Below are positions 21,884-34,100 of a stretch of 64,000 bases of DNA, in pieces. A program made the position numbers and the translations under genes. Source of the stretch: Saccostrea cucullata (lineage: Eukaryota); contig NW_026939106.1 of the NCBI RefSeq assembly GCF_032062105.1, positions 1 to 64,000 on the forward strand. The letters run 5' to 3'. Below the pieces are notes generated by a model. The model saw only the letters and a program-made list of their open reading frames with translations. It did no database searches and was not told the DNA's origin. Numbering within the stretch: the first letter of the stretch is position 1; each line of letters opens with the position of its first letter.

Positions 21884-24800
21884 TGGGAAGAGATGAAAGG
21901 TAAGAATCGTCTATTTTTTTTCACTGTAGGAATTTTTCAAATGTTTATCGAGATGTGGTTAATTGATTAGAAATTGATCTATTGTTTGTATGGCCAGGTA
22001 AGGAAAAAAAAGGTAAGATTTCATTATCGACGCCGATTCACGTGGATACTGACTAAACATCACCAACTTTATAATCTTGTGACAATCTGACAACGTGGTA
22101 TTACTGTCGTACAACTAATTACTTTCTTTAGAAGTCTGTGTATTGCGGGGGAAAATTCCTGTTAAACATTAATGCAAGTTACCAATTTAGAGCCCATTTA
22201 CTGATGGTCGATGTACATCATCAGTTCAAACACTGTTTTCCCTATATCTAGTCACTTGCCATTTATTCAGTGGCAATATTAGTAAAAAAACAGACCATCT
22301 TTGCCTTAGATATTTTTTTCATGCATTTAAACAGGTATTTGTGTTATTCGTCCTTTTGTTGGTTTGTACTACTTGGTAAGCCGACATAATCATCAAGGCA
22401 TTGACATCGTCTTTTTTATGTCCGTGTACCTGTCCTATCGTATGCCACCTGTCAAAGAACAACTACTGTCTGCCTCTTGTGTGTCATTCTACTCCATTGA
22501 TTACCGGTGCCCAGGAGCGAAGTGTAATCGGCACAGAAACAAATTTGTCCCGTTACACACGGTTCACCGTTATTTATTTGAAAGATTTATCCCACCAGAA
22601 AATATACCGATTTTGGGATGTTATTTTTAATACGTGTCTTCGTAACAGCTGGATGAGATAATCGTTATACACCACTAAGACGCTTTCAATTTCAGTTTCG
22701 AATGGCTACATTTCATCTATGCATGTAATACATTTAAACATTATTTTTATCGTTTCACCGATCTTACTAAGATGGACAGATTCTCTCAATTATTAGATTG
22801 AAATTTCATGTATTAAAAAGATTGATTTGACCAAACGTTAATTGCCTAAAAGACGCGCAGTTTCAAAGAATCGTATTTCCTTTAAACTTCGACATGTACA
22901 TAGCGTAGATTGGCACCGGTCTTGTTTTAGTGTTTCTTGTAGAATCAGATCTTGTAAATTATCATCAGGAACAACGTTTAAAAAGATTTTCCTCCTATAG
23001 GTAGACTTAATAGAGCTTTGTATTCAACACAAGGATGAAGGTTCCCTTCAAACATGCAAAATTAATGAAAAACATCAAGAACTTGCTTCCAGGTCGGCCA
23101 CGGACATAAGTGAACATTTTATTGTATTTGTTATTCATCTGACGAAAAACAATTAAAATCAAAATCAAAAGTAGTAATGATACAGGAACTTTACTGAATT
23201 TTAAGAAATTCGCTGTTTCTTTTTCCTGAAAAGAAAAACTAAGTTACGCATGAATACAAAGGTGTAAAATAAGGACAGTACACCGCAATTACTGCAACCT
23301 TGCTATATGGGATGTTAAGGTGTGATTAAATATTTATCATTATTATGCTTCCTGTCAGTTTGTCTCTATATAACCCATACCCTACTATTCTCGCATAGTG
23401 GTCTAAGGATTTATATAGCGTAAGCATACTATGCCGAAATAGTGCACGGCTTTATTTACTGAATAAAATTCTTCTATGCACATGCCGGGGATCGAACTGA
23501 CGACCATGAGATTGTCAGTCCGATGCCTTATCAATTACGTCATAGAGACGATCACTGATTGGTATAATTTTATGAAATATATAAACTTAATTTATACAAT
23601 TGACACAAGAAGGAGAAAATAGACAAATATTATTTGAAAACAGTTATATTATTCTAAGGAACTTTAGATTAATGTGTACAACAAACTTTCAAACTAATTA
23701 CATACAGATCGTTAGATGAACTGATTTTATAGGGTCATTAAAACGCTTTTTTATATGACGCTTGATTGAAGGATGTAAAAGAAAATTATCAATGAGAATC
23801 GACGTCTGCAAACAAATAAGGCTTACGAACAAAACAGAAAATAAAGATGCGTTGCTTTGGGACAGAAAATCCCGACTTATTTAGAGAAAATACTAGTAAC
23901 CAAAATAACTAAGCATGCAAACAATTTTAGCATGAATATTTTGAATTAGTTCTTGCAGGTGCGCTGTTTAAGCACCGATATTTTCAGGAAAAAGTCAAAT
24001 AGATTGCCGCATAAATAATTAACAGTCAGCATAATAATAACAATAGTGTTGCATTATGCATGTACTATGCCTAAATAGTAGGCAGGGTTTGACACATAGT
24101 GCACTCGCCTCCGGCTCGTGCACCATGTGTCAAACCCTGTTATTTAGGCATAGTACATGCATAATGCAAATATTATATAAATAGTGTTTAATGCGTAAAA
24201 AGATGCAGTGTCCTTGCAAGTAATTTTTTTTTTCAATTTACTTGTTAGTTATTGTTTTAAAATAAAAAAAAATCAGGATTCCACAGGAGTATACCATTAA
24301 GTTTATAAATTCAAACCTTGCTTTCGTTCAAGAATTTTTTTTTTTTGAAGACCACGCCTGCTATCATATTGAACTATGAAAAGGTGGATTCAAATAATTG
24401 TTTGCATTTGTATAAGTACTCTGATCTCGATGTGAATCTACTGTTTTTATTGTAGCTTAATCGTGAACTTTTGACCTCTGAAATTGTATTTAATTTACCC
24501 TGTAGCAAAGTTGTTTAATTTTCAGTAAGATTTCTTTTCTATTGGAGAAGAAGTTAGAACTATGAATTCAAAAATGCATGACAAGCGATAGACAGACAAA
24601 CCAACAATATCTCAAAATGCCATACTGGATATATATAGGTCCTTCTTACATATCATTTCTGAAAAATTAAGACTTGGCCCATATAATTTTAAAGAAACAG
24701 CCTATTCGATATAGCAAGTCTCATTTTTTGAAAAGCATTATGCGATAAATTCCGAACTTTACCCACTATACCCGGATTCTGTCGTTATAAAGGCACATGC

Positions 24801-25091
24801 CCCCTCCTTATGATGCAACGAACTCGGTATCAGCGCACGCTGATGTGTCAATATTGACTTGAGATAAAGGATTACATAGTAGGCGGGATGATTGCCCGGT
24901 AGGTCTCTATAATCTCCGCAAATTAATGAGCATTGACTTTTTTCTTTTAAATTTATGATGATTTAGTATATTCCATGTGTGTAAAAAAAAACAACAACGC
25001 TCGTGCCTTAATGAACAGAGAGACCATTTGCATGCACTGTGATACGGGTATGTGGGGATGATGTGGCACACTTAGTTCACTTTCTTACACG

Positions 25092-25130
<39 letters not shown>

Positions 25131-28100
25131 AGATTACCCGTTGTTCGCCGTCCGTCCGTCTGTCTGTCTGTCCGTCCGTCTGTAAACTTTTTACATTTTT
25201 AACTTCTCAATTTTAACCAAATCGGTACAATGCATCCTTGGGTGAAGAGGAGTTGAAGTTGTTAAAATAAAGGGCCAAGTCCACTTACTAGGGGAGATAA
25301 TCAAGAAAAGTAGGGTTGGTTCAAAAAAAAATCTTCTCAAGAACCAATGGGCCAGAAAAGCTGACACTTACGTGAAAGCATCCTGGAGTAGTGTAAATTG
25401 TTTAAATCATGACCCCCAGGGGGCCACAATAGGGAATCCAAGTTTTGCATTGAAACATATAGGGGAAAAATCTTCTTCAGAACCATTGGACTAGAAAAGC
25501 TGAAAGTTATGTAGAAGCATTTTGAGGTAGTGTATATTTTAAATTGTTTCAGTCAAGACCTCTGAGGGTAGGGTGGGGTCACAATAGGTATCACAAGGGG
25601 GAAATCTGGTAAAGATTGGCTAAAGTGTTACTCAGGTGAGTGATGTGGCCCATGGGCCTCTTGTTCCTCAGTGGAACACACCTTAATTAATTAACAAAGC
25701 TCCTTAAAATATGGAACACGTCGTAAGGTTTGAAAATTGAAATTTTTATATAAATTTTGTAGTTTTATCTTCAGTAACTCTGTAAATATTTTTAAATAAG
25801 GAAAGAAAAAAATAGAATGTGTCTATCAAATGATAATATAAATTTTCTCTGTCTATGAAATTGGATGATAAATTGAAAGACAAATTTCCATACAATATTC
25901 AATACTTGGTATGATTAAATACTTTTATGTTACTGGTATAACGTCAGTATGAGTTGTTAATTATCTTGATTATCTAAATATATATCTTTTAAGGTTTTTT
26001 AGGAAACCCAACTTCGATTTAGGAACGGTGCACTTTTATCAAAGGTGTTACTACGTTTACTTCTTATAGCCATTCCTAAAGGTTCTTCCGTTTCGTCTGA
26101 ACACAAGAATCCATGGGATTTTGTCCTTTTATCGTAGTGTTTTTAGTGTGATTAGTTTTCTATATTTCCTTACTCATTGCCAAGTATAAACAAAAGCCTT
26201 TCCTCTTTCATTTCGCAAAGTTTGCATATCAGAAATTCAGGAATATTAGTTTTCCTTGCGTAAACAGGAATTTCGCCTAATATACACTATTACACCTCAA
26301 TTTTTTCTTTGATAAAAATTGTTTAATGAAGTGTTTATTGAATTAATCAATGTGGAAACGATACAGCACAGCAAGTTCGATTTTTTTTTGTTCTAATTCA
26401 AATCTTTTTTATTTTCTTACTGAACCATAAAAAGCAAACACGTTATAATCTCAGCATACCATTGCATATAAATATTTCATTCATGTGTATATTGATCCCT
26501 GGGTGAAAAATATTGTGACAGTCCTTTAAGGGTGCTGGGTGGTGCTGGGTACCCTGAAAAGAATCAGGGGCAGTAAGCATATATGAGCTGCCCAATATTT
26601 TTAAAAAATTTTTTACACCAGTGCTATCGTTAAGTTGGTTTATTTTTCATATAATGATATGTCCAGTTTGATGTAAATAGCAATAAAATTTTCAACATTT
26701 GATTTGTAGTTGAGTTATCACGATGTGAAGTTGTGTGATTTTTCCGGAATTGAGAAATTTCCATCAAATTCTCACATTCCAAAGAAGATTTAGATATGGC
26801 CGCATGAAAACAACAGAGTAAAAATTTGATAGATTGTTTAAAATGACATAATAAATTATATCCCAAAATATCATTCTGTTGTTCGCATGCGGCCACCCTG
26901 AAAAATATAAAAAACGATGTTTTTTGAGGCCGATTTTGATCGCTTCCGGTTTCGGTTTTTATATTCAGACGTAAACAAAGTTGGAGGAAACAGAAAATGT
27001 GACAGTAGATTTATCGAAGTTCTAACCATTTAACAGGTAGGGATGAATTGAAAGTCAGAGTAATTGTAATTTTACATCCACTACTTACATGCACTGTTCA
27101 AAATTAAATCCCCTCCAAAACTTATTAATGATAAAAGATTCGACATGACAGACTCCGCGAACTCCATGAACTCGGGGGGACGGTAATCAATGCATGTCAA
27201 ACAGTTGAAAATATGTATTTAAAATATATTAAACAGGAACACAACATGCTATCTTCTTTCAAATAAAAACTAAATTATAAAAAGTTGACTTATTCATCGA
27301 TTTCTCTTTGATTTAGGCCCGAATATTCATGATTCATGAACCCTCGATCGGCCGGTTGATCTGCATGATTAGCCGCGTTTTATCAGTTGTGAAAATCTTT
27401 ACATATACGGCATTAAAATATAAATATACTACATTTCTATGTTGGTGTTTATTACATATTTTTCTGTCTGAGTACAAATACAACCGAGTCTAGCGTTTGT
27501 GTATTCAAGAGACCTTACCCTGGTACCTGTGTACTTTGTGTAAATGTATGGTGTGCTATAACAGTCAAAAATAAAAAAAAATTGTAAGAGTTTTTTTTTT
27601 TTTTTTTTTTTTTTGTTGCAGAGACATATAAAACCATTGTAAATACAAAACCATGGTTTTATATGTCTCTGGTTGTTGTAAAACCGTTAAAGAAATAAAA
27701 AAAATTAGTTTCTTAAAAATAAGCTAACATCACTAAATCTAATTAATGTTCTTTGCAGAATAAATAATAATTATAAATAAAATTCTTTCTATTTTTCTTG
27801 TGGGAACAATGTATTTTTTGTTGTTTTTTAAACCAATTAATTAAAATATTATTAACGTAAAATTAAACTTTTGTAAGTATTAAAAAAAATAATTAGATTA
27901 CCAAGGAATATTTCAAATTCATTTAAGTCACCATTTAGATGAAAAAAAAATGTTTGTCATTACAAGGTTCATCTTTTTTGTTTTAATTTAAAGTACACAA
28001 TAATGTCTTTGCCTCTGATTTTATTCATTAAACTCAAATAGGTAAATCAATAAAACTGCTATTTAAATTGATTTCTTGAATGAAATAATTATATATTATA

Positions 28101-31100
28101 CCTGGTAATATTAATACATGATTCCCTTTTTTCATATATAAAGAAAATCTTATGCAAATGTATATACACTGTACAAGTAACCCCCCCCCCTCCGTCCATA
28201 GTTATAGACAAAATGTGCATACATAACATATATAGTAATTTAATTTTGATATTCATATTTTAATTGTAGGATATGCCTGGAGATGGTCCAAAACAATATC
28301 CTGTTACTGGAGCTGTTACTTGTTGGTATTGTCAGTGCCGTGCCCATGTGGCCTCAATATTGTGGTTTCTTGGCTATGAAAGACACACAAACTTTGCAGT
28401 AAGACCTACTCAAGACTAGGCAGACTACCTTGATGCAGCTGTGCTTCCTGCAGTAATGGATGGCTCATCAGAAAGTGAAATGGGTGCAACGGAAGAGTGA
28501 CATGAATTGCAACATTGGTTTATTGAGAGTGAACATTATTGAGAGTGAACATTCTGCAGATTATAGGCGTCTCCATATGTGTGAAAATTATCGAGAGGGA
28601 TGTTAAACAATATACAATCAATCAATCAATCTGCAAGTTATGATATCCACTGCATTAGGCTCCCATTGTTGTTTTCAACAATATAGTGGAAGGCTGTGTA
28701 TATATTGTTATTTATTAATTGTAAATAGGGATTTTTATGTATCTATGATTTTTTTTGTGTTTAAATTGTGATTTCTTAACATCTGTTATATAATCGAGAA
28801 ATTAAAATATAGTACATTGTACATCCCAAAAACATATTAGATTCATTGCATGAGTTTAACAAGTTCGGTTGTAAATATTGAAAGATTAATTATGTACATT
28901 GACAAATGAAATGATTTGTTATTATCATATGATTATTCTTCATGAATAATTGTTATCAAAATTAATATACTGATGTAAAATACATAATGCATCACAAAAT
29001 GTTTCTCAGATAATAGTAACAATTATAGTTTATTACGCAGCGTGTTTATTTGCATATTGAACTTTGTTAATAATTAACATGACTATATACAAGTACTTGT
29101 TATTTTTTGTAATACAATGTAATTACAAAACCTTTCCAGACAAACATGTACTAGTATAACTAATTCTTTGATACTTAGTTCATTTTTATGACATTGTGAG
29201 GATGATAAACATTATCTTATTATGAGTAAATGTAGTGTATAAGGCATGAGTGGTGTGATGTTAAACTTCTATGATCTTTTTGGTAAAAGTATAGGTGGGT
29301 GATGGTAGTTCTGGAATTTGTTTATGCAAACTGAAATCTCTTATTGTTATTTTTGTCAAGTTTTATGAATTGTTATTAAAAATGTTAGTTGAATACATTT
29401 CTTGTTTGTTCACTTTGTGCATTCAATGTATTTTTATGTTAAATACATAACAAGCAAATTCAAAGAATTGTGGTGCCCCGCTTTCGGTGTCTTTGTGAGT
29501 GAGATGTTATTTTTTCTGACATATTATGTCTAATATGAACACCATATCATATGTAATTTATTTAGTAATTATCATTGAAATTGATTTTTTTGAAGGATGA
29601 AAACCCTAATCCTGACCGTTAAAAACTTATGGCCAAAGTGAAAGTTTTAAAAGTAGGTCAACTCCAAGGTCAAGATCAAAGGGTCAAAGTTGTTGATATC
29701 CAATGAAAGGTCTTCTCACAAGGATTACGTATGTGAAGTATGAAAGTCCTAGCCATTACCGTTCAAAAGTTATGGTCAAGGTTAAAGTTTATTCATAAGT
29801 ACGTAAATCTTTAAGGTCAAGGTCAAAGTTGTTGATATCCAATTAAAGCTCCTGCCACAAAGAATATATATGTGAAATATGAAAGTCTTATTATCTACCG
29901 TTCAAGAGTTGTGACCAAAGTTAAAGATTTTTAAAAGTAGTGAAAACTCCAATGTCAAGGTCAAAGGGTGAAAGTTGTTAGTATCCAATGAAAGGTCTTC
30001 TCAAAGGATTACATATGTGAAGTAGAAAGCCCTAGCTCTCACATTTCAAAAGCTATGGTCAAGGTTAAAGTTTATTCATAAGTACGTAAATCTCAAAGGT
30101 CAAGGTCAAAAGGTAAAGGTTGTTGGTATCCAATGAAAGGTCTTGACTCAAAGAATACATATGTGAAAAATAAATTCCTAGTATCTACTGTTTAAAAGTT
30201 GTGACCAAGGTTAAAGTTTAAAAAGTAGTTAAAACTCCAAGGTCAAGGGGTAAAAGTTGTTGGTATCCAATGGAAGGTCTTTTTACAAGGATTACATATG
30301 TGAAGTACGAAAGCCTTAGTCCTCACCGTTCAAAAGTAATGGTCAAGGTTAAAGTTTTTTCATAAGTACGTGGAACTCCATGGTCAAGGTCAAAAGGTCA
30401 AGGTTGTTGGTATCCATTGAAAGGTCTTGCCACAAAGAATACATATGTAAAATATGAAAGTCCTAGTACCTACTATTCAAAAGTTATGGCCAAAGTTAAG
30501 TTTGGAATTTTTGTGTAAAAGTGGGTTAAACTCAAAGGTCAAGGTCAAATGGTCAAATTTGGTGGTACCCAAAGAAAGGTCTTGTAATAAGGAATACACA
30601 TGTGTAATATGAAAGTCATAACTCCGCTAAATCAAAAGTTATGGGCAAGGTTAAAGTCTTTGTGACTGACAGACTTACAGACTGACAGACAGATGAATAA
30701 GATTTAATGTACCCCCGCTTTCGCGAAAACTGGGGACAAAAACAACTGTTTTACATTCAAATCTGTTATTTCACCACTTTTAGCTAAAAAAAATAGTTTC
30801 TATTCACATGTTTAAGATCATTTCTGTTGTATTTGTATTAAACATCCATCTTTTATTTCTTTAATCATATTTACAGGGAAAAAATATTATTAAGAATTTC
30901 CAGAAATCAGTGAAAATAGTGTTATTTTTGTATTGACCCCCAAATGTCTTAATAGTGGTTTTTTCATCAAAATATGTCTAAAAAGGTGTGATTCAATCAT
31001 AATTCTTTTAATATTTATAATATTTTGTCCATTATGGTTGGGGCATATTTAGGGTCTTAATGCCCCTGATTCTTTCACCTGAAATTTTTTAGCACAAAAT

Positions 31101-34100
31101 GCAAATTATTAAGTAAAAAAAAAAAATCGCTTGCTATAATATTTATTTTTTATGCACTTTTGTGTACTATCAATTAAAATGATAAAGACCTTCATTTCCA
31201 GGAGGTTTTAAAAATAGTCTAAAAAATGGAAATTACCGCCAGGCCCTCTTGATTAATGATAAAACAGTTTTATTGCAGTTTTATCGAGATACGTAAACAT
31301 GTACATGTACTTCCGATCTTTTTATCGAGTTTTTAAATAGAGTAAAATGTAAGACAAGGACACGACAATGACTAACATTAATTTCAATGGAAAACTAAGA
31401 CATTTCAATCAAAGATTTTTTTTTTAATTTAAGATAACACTTTAGGTTTACACATTCACATCGCATCGTACTTCTTAAAAGTGATAAGTGATGATAAATT
31501 AAAATTTGAATTTATGATGTATGACTTAGGAAGTCTCATGGCAGCGATTATTGTTCCCCGCTCCCCACAACCAGGGAATATTAATTAAGATACGTTCGTC
31601 CGTCTATCTGTAGAATATAACAAATCGTCATGTATAGATTTATCTAGCAAAAGGCATTGAATACAACATTGAAAAAAATATCCAGCTGAGTTGTTTTTTT
31701 GTTTTTTGTTGTTGTTGTTTTTTTTTTTTATATACAAGAAACATGATTTTGGTATAACGTGTTATTAACAATTTGAAATACTATCAAATACCTCTCATAA
31801 TATAATTTATTTTGTTTATTTTTTTTTTAATTTCACAGCACGAATTGCATGGAGGCCCACGCCTTTCTAAATGGCCTGTGTATGGAATGTTACGTCACAT
31901 TGCTCACCATTCTAGACATCCTCTGCATCACCACAGAGCTCGTCATTAGACTGGGAATAATTAAAGGTATATGTTTAAGGGGGGACCTATGTCGTTCTAC
32001 GTCAAAGCAGCGTTATGTGACGTCACAATAGCGACGTTTGATTTTACCTGACTTTTTCAACTGGGATATAGACATAACATGGTTAATAATCAATAACGTA
32101 CACAATTCAAAAGAAAAAAAGAAACTAGATTCATCATTAATAACAGTTTTATTTAATTTATGGATGTTGTTGAAATCAGAATTCCCTTCCTTTGGGTTGA
32201 TAATTCATAGCAATTTCATTTGTGAAGAAATGCCTAGATGATATGCTGATATAAAAGTGCAAAAAGATAAAATTCAGCAAAGAAAGCGGCTTAAATCAGG
32301 GAAATATGTTTAATTTTATGTTTATCATTAATTGTATTTTCTGGACAAAACTAAGAAAAAGATTAAGAAAGGTATTTGTGCCAATATTTGCTTAATGATT
32401 TATAGAACATGTAGATTTTATTGTATAAAGCCATTCCTAGGTTCTAATAGGTGTTGGTTGTTGACGGGGAAATGGGGGGGGGGGCGGAATAATTGGAATG
32501 AAGAAGAAAAGAATTAAACTGTTTGAATTGTTTCTAATCAAAACAAAATACTTGTTTTTCGCAAAATAGTTTTATATTCAGATGTTTGTCAGTGCTTAGT
32601 TACCTTTTTGTAGTGCAGAAAGGTCAATATATATGACACAGGAGTACGAAAATAAAAGAAAACGTCATATTTCTCGTTTATTTGATCATAAAGGTATACT
32701 TTTTTCTTTGTTGAAATAAAGATATGAATCAGTTCTTTCAAAAAATATGAATTACAGTATTTTCACACAAAGACTTTTTAAGATATTACCTATTATGCAT
32801 GTCGGAATTGTAAAATATACGACAAGAAAAACGGGGTGATACTTACATTGTGCTCCATTATAATTTTTTATGCGAGATGAATTACAATGAATTTGCCTTC
32901 ATTTTAAAGATACAAGTCATATAAATTAAATACCTGTTGATTTTGAATGTGATTTGAATTTTTGTTTCTTTTTAGCGCATATTCAGGGTAGAACAATAAT
33001 GTCTGAAAATAATCTATTTTTAGCATTTCACAGTGTTTTTGCACGTGCTCCTGTGTAAAAATAAGCACATAAAGGTATTGTTTTTAATACCTAAAAATTA
33101 AGAGCAAGTGGTCAGGAAAGAAATGTCAAAGTTTTGAAAATTTCACACAAAGACTTTTCGGACATAGGTCCCCCCTTTTGTTTGTTGTTTAACGTTCCTC
33201 TCGACAATATTTCACTCATATGGAGACGCCACCACTTGCTGATGGAGAGCTTGTTTTGTCATACACTTAGGGCCATTGAGCAGTACGGGATCCTTTTTCG
33301 TGCTTGAACCTACTGCGACACGGGACTTCGGTTTATACGGTCTCATCCGAAGGACCGGTCTCCGCGTCCCACGTAGGGATTCGAACCCGCGACGTAAGGT
33401 TCAACTCCTTACTTGGCGAGTCTAAAGCAGACACTCTAACCACTTTGTGACTCTAGAGCAGACACTTTAACCACTTCGCACTCTAACCACTTCGCCACGC
33501 GGACGAATAATATTCTAATGAAACATGGCCAATGGATGGTGTGAACTTATAAACAAGAACCTCACGCTACCTTTCTCCATATATTATTCATGAGTTGAAA
33601 CCATATGCAAATTAATGGCTGTTTGCACCCAACCGGGTGTCATATCTTTCATCTGATCAGACTTTCAGTATAGTTAACCGTCAGTTTTGTTGTGTATTAA
33701 AGCTTGGTCCATCGGGAACAACTGCTCTAGCTAGAAGTCAATATTGTTAAATTATGTTCAATCTCATTTTTAGAACGGAGGCTTAGTCAATTAATGTATT
33801 GATAGACACCTCTCTCTCCCTCCCGATTTGAAATTTGACAAGTAAATTTAGAGTAGTATCCATAGTAGATCTTAAAGGGGCAAATTGAGAGAAAAAAATG
33901 TCAGCACTTGATATGGCATTCCAAGATATTCTTAAACCAATATGGCAGATTTCTCAAATATTATTTAGAATATGCATTTAAAAATGAAAACAATTGTTAT
34001 CATAGATACTAGTATAAGAACAAAAATTAATTATCATTAACTGTTTAAAACTCGATCAGTGCATGTTTTCAAGTGAGGTCATTCCAAATTTATTTTGTGT

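Noticed and set aside
28270-28402. Signal-peptide-like frame MVQNNILLLELLLVGIVSAVPMW as a secreted peptide
   Set aside because: Another frame of the same DNA matches a transposase SWIM-like motif, which is the simpler explanation.
29600-30660. CRISPR-like regular repeats
   Set aside because: Whole ~145-bp monomers repeat with no unique spacers, the context is eukaryotic and there are no cas genes.
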